A stretch of 64,000 nt of DNA from Haliotis rufescens (Eukaryota), in contig NW_025963890.1 in the NCBI RefSeq assembly GCF_023055435.1, positions 72,292,001 to 72,356,000 on the forward strand, given 5' to 3'. The position numbers were made by a program, and so were the translations under genes. This document shows positions 26,928 through 39,868 of this stretch, piece after piece; within the stretch, counting starts at the first letter, position 1; every line of letters begins with the position of its first letter. Under the pieces are notes generated by a model, which had not been told where the DNA came from, did no database searches, and worked only from the letters and a program-made list of their open reading frames with translations.

Positions 26928-28278
26928 AGAATACTAAACATTTCCACATAAAATTTAATAGATGATCGGGTGTTCTAAAAATAAACGTATGACATCACTA
27001 TGACTAGAATATCTTGTTACATATGATATACTGAATGGCACTATTACTGAACGCGAATTCCGAAATCCCAAAAATGTACAAATTCTATACCACAAATCTG
27101 TGTCAGCGCTTGTGAAATTATTCAGTGACACACAAAAGACGGAGTTACACACATTGTATGCCATCGACGGGGCAAGCCAGACTGACCACAACACGTGGAG
27201 CGGTAGCCGATGACAGATGACCAGATGACCAGACACGCATTGTGAGCCATCGTCTGGTCTTGCAGCCTTCATCCGTCACCACCACTCTTCTGCCGCCACT
27301 GACAACGTTCTACTGACAAGTCTGAATCTTAAGAACCACCCAACACTTCTTACCCCCTACAGACAGCTTTCCTGCCCCTGGGTCGGACAGAGATTCTCAT
27401 TTGAAAGAAACCTCGGCATTTGATCATTTAATTAATGGAAATTTAGGATTCTTCGTAGCATGTCTAAATGAGGCCTCTAGGGCGATCCGCGTCAGCCCGG
27501 GGGCCCGGAGAGGGAACCAGCTGGGGTGGAGGGTTAACACCACGCGCCCTCTACGAAATACAATGAGCACGTCGCAAGACAATACCATTGTCAATTTCAT
27601 ATTTGACAATTGTGGAGACTGGCGTTGGACAAATTATGGGAATTTGTAACGAAATGCAAATTGCCTTAATTCTAGGCTGGACCCTTCTTCGGCGTGTGGC
27701 ATCCCAACTGCCAGAGCGCCACTCTGATTACATTCGGGTCTGGGAGGCTTTGTGTTGTCAACTATAAGGTAAACGCGTTACAAAATACATTAACGAGAAA
27801 AAAGTGGCTATTCTTTGAATCTAAAAAGTGCCTTAAGGATCCTGATTATGCAACGGTGGATTCATTTATGTGACAGAATGGGCTTTAGAGGACAAAATGG
27901 CTCTCTGCTAGCTTCCGTGTTCACATCACAGAGGTTTTTCTATAGCGTATAATTAGACATTCGTTTTTTAATAGATGATAACACAGTCTATGATTTGGCT
28001 TTCGCGATCTTTTCTTTCACGTAATTCAATAATGAGAGGTCAAGGGAGTTATACATTTAATGCAAACATACTAGAAGCGTTCGAAAAAAAACGATGGTAT
28101 GGTTGTGATTCAATTAAAAATCTAGACCAGTGAATCATGTTGTCGCAGTAATACCGTTATGAATCAACTTTAATAAAAACACCAATAATAACAATACTTA
28201 TAATAATAATAGGTCATTCATATTGCGCTATATTTGCCCACCACATACATGCATGCTGAAAGTGATACACCATCATTA

Positions 28279-28340
28279 GCCCGGTCATTGGATCAGTGTG
28301 CAATCGATTTCATTCTCAGCTTCCTGGGGAGAATACAACG
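28279..28340 (-). mobile_element. Old SINE 3' fragment, paralogous to 13883-13945
   Basis: Direct sequence match as above. Confidence 0.6.
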
Positions 28341-31300
28341 TATGCAATTACATATGGTCACGTCTAACAACTGTATCACAAATCATAGTGAAATGACTCT
28401 GATAACATTAATAGCATAATGCATAAACATTATCAGACAACAGCTTGCTAATCACAATAATATGAACAACGGCCCTTAAACTTCCGACCCCACACATCAA
28501 GAATATGATAGAAACATGTGTTGCAACAGCCGAGTCTGATCAATTATTTTCTCTCCCATTCCAAACAAGCAAATCGGGAACAGCGAGTTACCGAGCTCAT
28601 ATTACATTCATCGCAAAAACGTCAATAAACTCCATAAATGTCTCATGAGAAACATTTGATCTATTATGTATTTCATTTAACTATAACATCGTATTTCGAA
28701 TTCCTGACTGATCAGGGTTCTGTTATACAATGAAGGTAGACATTGAAACGTTGATATATAGCTCCAATGCTGTAGGTCAGATTCATCGTTGGTATGGTTA
28801 ACCCAACACGTAAACACCAAGTCATAAATTCATCAAATATGCCTGTAAGAGCGCAGAGACAACTTCGTCGATATGCCCCTACAATCTGGTAACCATAGCA
28901 ACTGGCTCGTCACCAAGGCTTTCGATGTAAACACACATGTTTCAGCCGCGTAAATTATCTATAGGTTGAGAGTTGGGCGAGGCCACTCAACCCTGCCTAG
29001 ACTCGAACACCTACCACGACACACAACATCAATAATCACCGAGGTCTGATAATGTTTAACTGTTTAAAAATCTCCAGTTGATGGCTGGCAACATCCGCCA
29101 TATTGGTGGTACTTGGAGCGCAACGACAACGGCTTTTCTTTGGCTGCCTTTGATGTGATTATTGTGGCCTCTATCGATTGGATCCTAGGTAAAACACACA
29201 GCGCTCGTACCGTGCTCAACTTGCTGGGCTTTTGGGTCTACTTTAGGTCTATGGCTAAAACAAGAAAATGTAACAAGGCAGGCATGAATATAACCCAAGC
29301 CTTGGGTATCAGGTCTAAACTTGAAAACAATGTCCTAAAGAGTAGAGAAATTCGATTTTATTGCGTAAAGGCGTTGGATCAATATAGACACAATAGCTTA
29401 CAACAGAGGCAAGCTTGGAGGACAGTGGAGAGGCCTGTTCTAAGATATAGGTACATGAGGGATAATCTATACTCCTGTCATCTTCTGCCATAGTTCGAGT
29501 TCCAGTAACGCAAAGATTATAGCCGACGGCATCTCTTCCAAGAACCGGGTTTAATACTGCATAAACCTCCCCTTGTCGATAGTTTTCTTAGTGGGTCGTG
29601 GTGGGGCTGAGAGGGAAATGGCGGACGGAGCTTACTTCACAAGAACGCATGGATTTGGTGCGAGGTTTCTATACACTTGTTTCCACAAGCTGGTCCGAGT
29701 TAAATGGAATTTAGGATACATTAAGATTAACCGAGAATGCTTTTACTCTGATGTCGAATACACGAGGTTTACGGTAGATATACATGTACAAGCCTTATCA
29801 TGTGTTATCTGAAATCGGTAGAAGGAATCACTGATGAGTTAATATCGTCTTAGAAGTATGTTCGGCTATTAATAATATTTTGCAAAGAAATGGAATATAT
29901 GTTAAATAAAAACCAAATAGCTCTTTTCCGATATATTCGGATACATGGGTAGCTGTCCCGTTTACATACTCAATGACTTGCTCCCACTGTAGACAGTGTC
30001 TTGTCAGTCTACCCACCTCCACCCCCACCCCCATCTCCACCCTCCAACCAATCCTCAGTACTAACCCCCCAATCAATTCACCTCACCTCGACCATCTCAA
30101 AAGCGTAGTCATCGTCCTTTCTACACCCCCCCCCCCCGTCCTTTCCACCCAGTGCCCACTCTAAAAAAACAACCATCCAACTCATATCCCATTCCGCAAC
30201 CCCTCTTCTTACCCTATCAATCATACCTACCCTCCCACACTTCACTTCCTTATCTCAAACCCTGAGTAAATCACGTTTGTTCCTCTCTCTCCCCGACCCC
30301 AATGAACGCTCCAACCTGCCTCTCTCGCACCCCACCGGTGTATCGTCCCCGAACGTTTATTTACAGTATCTCCCCACGGTATATCCTCATCACTCATGTA
30401 CACAGTCCTCTACTCACTGAACAAGCGAAAACAACCGATAGAAACTACCGGCGTCCCTTGCCTCCGCGCTGCGGTGTTATATCCAGATACTTTGAAGTAT
30501 CACTAAAACAAAGACACCATCAAAGCCAGTGCTCTACTTCCGACCACCAGAACGGAACATACACTTCTCTCGCCTGAGCGACCATAATTTACCAGCACTA
30601 CGGATATGATATACTTTGAAACACTCTCCTCTTGTTTAATCCAGCCCAACCTTCAGAGGCCAGCAAGTATTTTGCTACAAGACACAACCCCTTTTTCCAG
30701 AGCGCTAGATGAGCACACAAAAGACCATTGGAAAGATTGTAGGCATTCCTGCAAGATTTAGAAGGCCGAGCTATCTAGGTTACTATCGACCGAAGAGAAC
30801 CGGTGACCTCAGTGCTTCTGTTGAACCATTTATATTTAAGAGAGGCTTTATTTGAAAGGAACATAATAGTTACTATTTATACCAGGTTTGTTAAGGTGGA
30901 GACTGTTACGTAGCTGTAGCAGTGCATGTATCGTGTGGACACGACACTAGGAACGTCTAGGCCATGCGGGAAGGTAACGCTGGGTGGGCAAAAACAAAAC
31001 AGGCATCTACTGGGCAATCGTGGCGAAACTACTGAAGCGTTATGTACAGTGGAATCCAATTAGATTAATCGAAGCTGGGGTGGTCCCCACCAGCTACCCC
31101 CCTCCCCCTCCCCTCACGTTGTTAGCACATAGACAATCCATCATTCACCATCTATTAATAGAACTACGCAGTGATCACGACCTTGCAGATATGCAACACA
31201 GATTAAATGTGATTCAAATCCATCATGTTTCCTGGTGTTAGTGTCTGGGCAGCCCTTCTCCGCCGCGCGGAAGGAGAATGAAGAGAATGCCAGATTTACA

Positions 31301-32531
31301 CCAGATCGATGTTAAATCTAAATGTCAACTAGTACAGCGAACATTTCCCATGTTCATTACAAAGTCATAAAGTGAGATAACAAACGCGCGAAACTAGATA
31401 CCCTGTCACAAATAGTAGATATAGTCATATTTCAATATGATATTGGAAAGAAATATTCCTCATAGACAATATATACAATTTTATCAAAGACCCGCACCGT
31501 TGGTCATGTGTTGGAATAACCATCGCCTTCCGTACATCAACTGGATTCATCCCCAATATCCCAAAATCATTTACGTCATCTAAGAGGGTGTATATTATTC
31601 TTTGAATTGATGTATCGCATCTGCATCAACTGTGGAAGTAGTTATGACAAGATATATACGAAAGCAACGATACTTTAAGAGAGATTTAAATGAACCTCTG
31701 ATCGATTGCAATAAAGCCGTCAAGAGCGATAGTAATTACAAGGTATATTACTGCAATTAATGTTAGTCGGAAGATCTCTAATCGCTCTTTGATGCAGGCA
31801 AATGGCTGAGTGGTTTAGAGAAGCCTAGAATTGGCAATGTGAAGGACTGGTCGCCTTGTCTGGCCGTACTGGTCATATCGAGACTGTTATTAGCGCCATG
31901 CCTTCTGTTTAAGTGGACATTAGCAGTGGTCATCTGAAGCAGTCGTGTGGAGATCTGGACAGGAAGGGTGATGGCTTGAGGCAAGATAGACCCTAAAATC
32001 AATGCAGCCAGGTGGTCCTTCAGACACCGGGCAAAGGCCGCCACAGTATTACCAAAGCGTCGAAGCCATAATCCATACAAATCATTAATCGTAAGACTGG
32101 CGTTAACTCAATTTCGTTCCGTACATGAAATCATACTGACAGTTACATCTTGTGGAATTGTGTTAGGGCTTTGACGCCTTCAGTGTCCGGTCTGATGGTC
32201 AGCGAGGTCTCAAGGGATGTCACGACGTCACTTGCAGTAGGTCAAGCTACAGATACATCTGTCCATGTGTCAGGATGGGGGCAGAGGTGGGATGGACTGA
32301 CACTAGGGGAGAATACTAATCATGATTCTTGAAGATGAAGATGACGCGAACCGACACAACGCCCAATTGATTCATCGATAATGATGGTCAGTTATATAGA
32401 CACTGGAACACACGCAGTGGCATGGGAAATAGTGGGGGTGAATGAGTGAGTGACTATTGCCTACCAATCCATATTTTAATTTTGGTAACCATATATGGAG
32501 TGCCAAGGGCCCACTCTCCCGGAGAACCATG

Positions 32532-32548
32532 GTGTGTGTGTGGGTGTG

Positions 32549-32580
<32 letters not shown>

Positions 32581-32593
32581 TGTGTGTGTGTGT
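32532..32593. repeat. (GT)n/(GCGT)n microsatellite
   Basis: Direct inspection. Confidence 0.95.
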
Positions 32594-33462
32594 CCCCAAG
32601 AGTAGCGGAGTAAAAAGTTCAGATATTCCCGGTGCATCACCAGAGTTAACTTTTAGAATTCTTGTCTTCACAGATGTGTTGTCTTTTTTTGTATAATCAG
32701 TAGGAGATTCTCGTTGATATGACACCACACCATACTGAAGAGTAGGAGGTCATTCCACTATGCAAGAAACACCTTTTACATTTACAAAGACCAATCAGTT
32801 CATGAAATAATATTATTTTTAAGATTAGTTACTGGTGTAATTTGGGGTATAATGAACATCTACAACGTTCCTGCAACGTTTTATGGATTGTAACACAGAT
32901 CAGCTTCTTTTGAAACGGTACACGTCTATCGCCTCTGTATCCGGTCAGTGCGGAATAATAGACCTCGTGAATAGTACAGACGCATGGTTCTGAGTATACG
33001 GGCAATATGTGCGTCATGTTGAATAATGCACCCGAGTCGTAAGTTGCGATAGCCCCAACCTACGTGGGGCAGTGTACGCGGATACATAGACGGTGTTTGG
33101 AGTTTAAAATATGCTAAAAACGGTGTCATGTAAGGACTGAACTCGTGACAGTGTTTTTGCAGCTGTGTGGCAAAGATCTTTTCTGGCTTGTTTTTCTACA
33201 CGTTTCGTTTGGTTCTGCCACTGAGACTGACATGTATCATGTTCTTCTGTACCTGTGGTTGTACATGTCTCAACAATCTGTTTCTTTATGATCTGAGTTC
33301 TGAAATTTGATTCGTGTTTTGCAATTATTATTATTAGATACAACGTCAACGCCAGAACAACTAGTCATGATTATTCCCCGAAACAGATTCCACTGGGCAT
33401 AAAAGGCAAAAAAGTATTGAAAATTATATGAATGGATCATTGAAAGTCAGTGATGACACCAA

Positions 33463-33569
33463 GACCCTGTTCCACAAAGCGATCGTAGCGCTAAGATGAT
33501 CGTAACTCCCATACTTTAACATAGACTTACGACCGTCGTAGCGCTGCAGTCGCTTTGTGGAACGGGGCC
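33463..33569. mobile_element. Short palindromic MITE (PIF/Harbinger-like)
   Basis: TIRs 18/20 (gaccctgttccacaaagcga / tcgctttgtggaacggggcc); 3-bp flanks caa/ctg. The empty site is seen in paralogous repeats at 21713-21740 and 41284-41309. Confidence 0.8.
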
Positions 33570-33792
33570 CTGGTGTTCGCGGAAAGAATAAGCATGTCAT
33601 GCTTTCTCAATAGAACTGTTTCCAAAACCTTTTCTTACAAAAGATCCTGTACGTTATGTCAAACGTTTCTGATAAGTTTCAATCTGTTAAATGTGTTTCT
33701 AAATAAGTTGTCTTAAATGTTTCACTGGGTCGAATGTTTTTTTCTGAACATGTTTCTTAAATTTCTTTCAGTGGCATTTAGAAGTTGGTGTG

Positions 33793-33968
33793 ATGAAGTA
33801 AGACGAGTTCTATGGATAAACAACTTCTTTATTACAATTAGTGCGACGTTTCGGTGTAGATCCTAACACCTTTATAACTTGTTTGATAAAGGTGTTAGCA
33901 TCTACACCGAAACGTCGCACTAATTGTAATAAAGAAGTTGTTCATTCATAGAACTCGTCTTACTTCAT
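33793..33968. mobile_element. Inverted pair of Penelope-like element termini (83-bp arms, 10-nt spacer)
   Basis: 33793-33875 is the reverse complement of 33886-33968 with 3 mismatches. Each arm has GGTGT..ACACC-GAAAC-GTCGCAC followed by AATAAA, the hammerhead-plus-polyA-signal architecture of Penelope pseudo-LTRs. Confidence 0.7.
33878..33922 (+). ncRNA. Minimal type I hammerhead ribozyme motif (U3:A8 core variant), probably decayed
   Basis: TTGATAA (33883-33889), stem II GGTGT/ACACC (33891-33895/33904-33908), GAAA (33909-33912), palindromic ACGT and GTC cleavage triplet (after 33916). Only ~3 bp of stem I remain. Confidence 0.55.
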
Positions 33969-34759
33969 GTTTCTTAAATGTTTCACTGGGTCGAAATGTT
34001 TTTCTGAACATTTGTCTAAAATGTTTTAATGGGTCGAATATATTTTTTCTGAACATGTTCCTTACATGTTTCAATGGGTCGAATGAATTTTCTGAACATG
34101 TTTCTATGATGTTTCATTGGGTTGAAGGTGTTACAAGGGTTACATGTTTCAACCTTTGAACACAAGATAATCCTTAGCATTCCTTAATTGTCCGTAAATA
34201 CACCATGGACATCTGCTTATTTAAATCACCGCATCTCCTTCCTGGCATTTAAAGACTGTTATTTACCACAATCGGTATAAGAGGGAAGTTTGTCAAGTCT
34301 TCGCCATCGAACTGAATGGCATGTTGTAGCATAAGATCAGCTACAACTATCCTGGTAGCGTGGCAATGTTGACGCTGTAGACATAGCAGCACTGAACACA
34401 GTCTGGCTTTAAAGGGGTTCTCAAGAAGCTCAGTGTAAGCAGAAGTCTCAGACAAGCCATCATGATGGCGGAAGCTGGGCCGCTGGAAAGATTCAGACAT
34501 CGGGAAGACGGAATCGCCTGGGAAGGGAGAGGGTCCTACAATGGCCCGGAAAACCATCACATGGAGGGGTTCATTACAGACAGCGGGCTAACTACCACTT
34601 GTAGCTGGGTCATCTCCTCAACGGCTCCCTCTGTGCCGGCCACATCAACCTGCACGACGACGGTTAATTAGACCGTCGTGCTAGGTTAGGAAATAAGTGA
34701 AATATTGGTGGCCTGTTCTGCAATTTCATTCCAACACTCTCTGTTACCTTGTAATGGCC

Positions 34760-35480
34760 TACTAAGAAGCCACACTGCCCATTTCATTTGGTGTTTTAGT
34801 CCAGTACAGATTGTCTGGGGGTCCGACACCCTGTAACTCGCGCGGGGATGCGGAAGCAAAGAAAGGGATGGTGGTCGATAAAAGAGCTGGAACCAATGTT
34901 TCCAGCATAAGTGCCCGACCGCCGGTAGTAGCCATTACTCCCTGCTCGAACACAACCTGTCTTTATGGCCATTCGCATGTAGAACATTTCATCAAACTAC
35001 GAAAAAATCGCATATTACGAGGTCAGTATCCATTTGAACAGTATTGATTGCACGAGGACGTGGACTGGGCGGTATGGCAGGAACCGTTAAACAATTTCAT
35101 TCCAAGTTGCGAACAGTGACAAAATTGGCTTTTTACACCACTTGACTCCAAATTGTTGAAACGTTTCTTCCCAACTCGTTAGCGAAATTGCTAGGCGACG
35201 AGAGCAAGGTAGCGCAATACAATATGAGCATGTCTGTATACTGGGGATTAAATTAGGCTCTGAGAGGATCGTGGATGAAGAGTTGGAACAGGAAGGGCCT
35301 GAGATGTAAGAAAATGAAGCGCCCAGGGCAGGATGGGCAGAGGGTATCATTAAGGGAGGGAAGGATTCAGAAGCAGAAGGAACATGCCATGTGTAGTGCT
35401 GACTGAGAGGATGGAGATAGATTCGTTTCACATTATACAAGCCAACAACCAGGATTAGGGCTCCGGCAGGAGAAATAGGT
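34760..35480 (-). mobile_element. Decayed non-LTR reverse transcriptase relic (L1/Tx1-like)
   Basis: In order with frameshifts: GASFSYISGP/FLFQLFIHDPLRA (GVRQGxPLSPxLFxLxIEPL-like) ~35324-35256, QYTDMLILY (YADD-like) ~35243-35217, FQQFG, then GRALMLETLV ~34921-34892 and LYW. Confidence 0.5.
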
Positions 35481-38400
35481 TGAAATTTCCCCACTTATTT
35501 CTCGTTATTCTTGACGACTTTTTCTTAGCGTCATGATGATGGATGGCCTCAGTAGAGATGGTTATAATAGTACAGCGAGCAGGCAAACGTGGAGAGGCTG
35601 AATCTTCTACAAGCTTGTTAAACACAAATTAAAGGCGATGTGCCGATGATCAGGCCGTTATGATGTTGTCTTTATCGATTAGTTCTGCCTGGCGAGCGAA
35701 AGGTCGTGCTTGGATTAATGGAGCTGGGGAAAGAAAGAGCGTAATTTGGGCATCAGTAAAAAGAACGCAGGTAGAATACACCGGAAGACCTTTTGAAGCG
35801 AGCCGCCAGCTTTCACTGACTGGCATATTTACCGCCAAGACAGTTCTGCTTGGTAAATTAATTTTGAGAAAGACGAGATATTATGCTGGACGAGCCTCGA
35901 TTGATTGTGACTTTATTGTATTTAGGGAGAGAATAGCTCTTTCATGGAACCTAGGTGACTCTCTATTCGCAATCGAACAGAGCCGCGTCAAGAGGTCTTG
36001 CTATGACCGGTAATGAATCCTGCCTAGAGGTTCTGGGGAGCTGACGGGGTGCTAGCAGAAATCAATTCCTGAATGGACGCGATTGTATCTCCAGGATCCG
36101 AAGAGGTCCACGCACCAAACATTCAGGTCTAGACGGTGCCACTCTGAAGCACTTCGGGCATATACCAGCCCTTTCAGCAGTCTGAAATTGGCCAGAGCCT
36201 ATATAAAAAGTTTGTCGATTTTTCTATAAAACTTGAATCTTTTTTCTTGATATGGACAAAGCACGTTTTCAAAAACATGGTGTGTTGGTCTTGGTTAAAA
36301 ATATAGTTTCTTATACGTTTTCGTTTCTTTATACATTTTCTGTGTAAACTCATTTAAAGTTTAGATAAACATTTTACATGCAAACGCATGAAGCATGAAC
36401 CTATAGTTACATGAAATCTGGCAGTTTGATCTCGGACGAACCTGACAACCTCAGTTTGAGACCTAACACTGATGTTCATACAGGAAGAACTAATTGTATT
36501 GTATTTCCTGGTTGTAACAAATCCTGTTTACGGATTTCCATAAATAAACGATGTCAACATCCACACCACCGTGTTAATTCATCTAAACAGTCCCCATTCA
36601 ATAATAAATATAATGTCAATTCCAGACCGTTAATGTCATTTCCAAACTATCCCCTCAGTAAATAGATTACCCACTTCTGAAACCTATAGCTTTCCTCTGG
36701 GGGATTGTAATACTGCTATCAAATGTCAGTCATCTATCTGAATTAGACAGACTCTGTAAGCAGTTAACTAGAACATAATTATCATCTCCTGTGGTATTGC
36801 TGCTGGCTCTGTATATAATGGTCATAGCTCAGCTTAAAGGCGGCTTGTATGGGATGATATGAAGTATTGATTACCAGAACCATGTCACGAAATTATCCGG
36901 GATAATATTTATATGTCCGGTGAGTTCAGTCGAGATCTGTTTGATTTCGGGTCAATGTTTTTCACACGCACGTAGACACGATCACGCACTCCACTTCACA
37001 CGCAATGCTTTGCTTAGATAGGTATAACATAATATAAGACATAATATTTTACTCTATTGTTACCAGATTCCAGTGTCTAATATCTCGGCGCTTTCACTAA
37101 CTGAAAACGCGCTTTGACAATAGTATTGTACAAGAAACTGAATATTCTGAAATCTTCCCTAAAATGTGTCTCCATTTTTGTTACCACAACGTGTCAAATA
37201 GGATGTACACACGATTGCCCAAGATTCGATATTTTTTCTCAAGCGCACTGGGATTCATTACTTGTTAAAAGCAATTTATCAAAGTTAAATAGTAACTGAT
37301 CTTCTTTGTCAGAATATCAAAGACCCAGCAGCAGTCACATCTGACGTCTCTGTCCCAGAGGTGCAAACCCAGGCACAGACTATCTCGAAGTCCAATTCCT
37401 GAAGTCAAAAATTGAATACGTGTAGACCCCATCTTAATATCATCACTCTGCATGAATCCCATGGGCACGTTCGCAGTGTTCGACCACCAGCATTTGCTTT
37501 CGCTGAACCACCGACATAAGATTACCCTCGCTGATGTTCTCTTGTCGCCATAAACCCGAGGTGAGAACGGTGCCTTCGGGAGACCAGCTGCTGAACAAAC
37601 GTCGAGATGGCGATATCTGATGGAGGACACGTTCCTGTACGGTCAATACCACATTTGGCTTGGACAAACAGTGAGAAATGAAACTGGACAGAGAGGCCAA
37701 TGGGCGGCTATCTATAGTCGTTGATTACATTTAAAATCCTTTAGTAGCTCCCCCGGGAACATTACCGGTTAAATATTGTGTTTGCAGTGACAACTACTCT
37801 TGACTTCATTGAAACTATTATCGCAACGATCGTGTAGGCAAAACCTCATTAAAATCTATAGCTGAAAGAGAGCGTTCTGCTCGGCTAGGGAGCCACGTAA
37901 TTGTCAAGCAGAAAAAAGTCTTGGCCACACAAAGACGAAGAATAAAGTTGCTCCCTTGACATAGAAGTTGATACCCATTGTAAAGGCTGACGGTGCGCTG
38001 ACGACCTTTCTAATAGAGCCAAGCCTTAGGACAATGCAATGTACTAAGCCATCATCAATCTTAGCCCAGGTCGAAGCCATACTCCCCACTGCGCTTTGCA
38101 TTGTGGGGAGGGGGGAGGTGGTAGCCATCAACAATACACGGAAAATGGATTAATGTTATTGCGGGTTTTTGCCTCAGAATTCAAGGGCCAGGAGAATACC
38201 AAATATCAATTTGCCATGCCAGCGACTTTTGCCGTGCGCTGTAACCGAAAAAATAAGGATGCTCTTATTAGGATCTGTGGCTCTTCTAGTTTAGATTTGA
38301 AAAATGTCGAATTTGTTCACATTACATTGGTATAGAGAATGCCCAAATTTCGATGCGGGCTCGTCCCTTGAGTGGCATGCATCTTGTTTCAAGTGACATT

Positions 38401-39706
38401 GTTAAACAAAAACCCAGAATCAGGCTTGCTCTCGTCTGGAGATCCTTCTTGCAAAACATCCACGCATAACCCGATATTTATCATCATCAGTCTCAATTTA
38501 GGATGTCACGCAATTACATTCATATCACAATAATATTGAATACGGTTAGAATGACCTCATATTAAGCAGGAAGCTCTGAAGAAAGGCACATTGAATGGTT
38601 CTGTCAGCATTGAATACACGAAGAACGATGAGAACGCCTCCATGATCAGCATTAATCCAATCATAACATGAATGATATCGCTACCAACAGAGACCCAAAT
38701 ACACATGCCTTTGAGAACCTATAACATTTCAATCTTGATGAATCCAATAATAACCGCAAAAAAGTACCCGTGGAATATTAATGGCCTCCAGGGTATCATA
38801 CAATACACACTGTTTAAAGTTATGGCTGAAACCGGGATCTTTTCGTTAAATGCGCAATGATTGATTACAGCAATAATAAGAAAGCGAAATTTATCCGAAA
38901 GCTGCAAATCAAATACTAAATTGTATTGAAAATAAGCTTGAGACTGAATACCGATTCGGGTACTTCTAATTATGAAGCCACGTGCCTCAGACATATCGTT
39001 AATCAATGACCAAAGCTAAGCTATTCATCAACTATACAAGAACAAGTTAAGCAGAAATTGTAAAATGAATGATACTGTGTATACATGAAATAATAGTCTA
39101 TTCCATCCTGCCCAGCTGTGGCTTGCAGTGGTTCAGCCTCTTCATGCTACTCTGTAACAGATGGATGGATACAAGAGAGTCGCCTACCAGTTAGGAGATC
39201 CTATGAACGGTCTAAACTGGTAATAAATCATAGTTCTGGGAACACAGGGCTATTGTATGGTAAGTGATATGCTTGTAAAATATGTTACTTATTGATTTCT
39301 AACTTACAAAGTCCGCGGAGACTTCACTGAAGGCTATGTACACACAGTGGGCATGTCGGAGAGCAGGATTGGGATCATACTCCGCTTTTAAGTCGCAGTC
39401 AGTGGGGCTGGCGCTTGCAAACTATATGTATCGAATCTGTTGTGCGTGTATTGGACAAGTTGGAAAAAGGTTGTACGCCAATCAATAAGTAATCAAAATG
39501 AAACACGATAAGTCAAATAGCGGTTTTAGAGATCAGCAGATTGATTATCATCTATAACTAGGAAAAGATGAATTAATGATACTGGTGAAGAGGACAATTG
39601 TATCCTTTACATGAGAATAGAAGATGCGGCATTCCTGCGTCAGTCGGGACGGTTGTTAGAGGGAAGGCAGGTCTGAGTGAGTGAAGCAAATAGCGGATCT
39701 AGAGCA

Positions 39707-39807
39707 GTGGTGTGGTGTGGTGTGGTGTGGTGTGGTGTGGTGTGATGTGGTGTGGTGTGGTGTGGTGTGTGAGTGTACACCCCCTTTTTCAGACACCTTA
39801 CATGTTC

Positions 39808-39867
<60 letters not shown>
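39707..39867. repeat. (GTGGT)n followed by (CA)n microsatellites
   Basis: 39707-39770 and 39811-39867. Confidence 0.95.

Positions 39868-39868
<1 letters not shown>

Larger units (their letters stand above)
33700..34127. repeat. Degenerate ~44-bp tandem repeat (tcttaaatgtttcactgggtcgaatg(t)nctgaacatgtt) interrupted by the palindrome
   Basis: Copies on both sides of 33793-33968. Confidence 0.8.

Noticed and set aside
26572-26965. ORFs on both strands (KLCFNKG / LLKHSFP repeats)
   Set aside because: 21-bp tandem repeat.
37265-37700. 121-aa and 85-aa minus-strand ORFs in unique sequence (also 7863-8234, 31778-32080, 50765-51205)
   Set aside because: No recognisable domains and no convincing splice-site pairs in phase with the first exon; lengths are compatible with chance.
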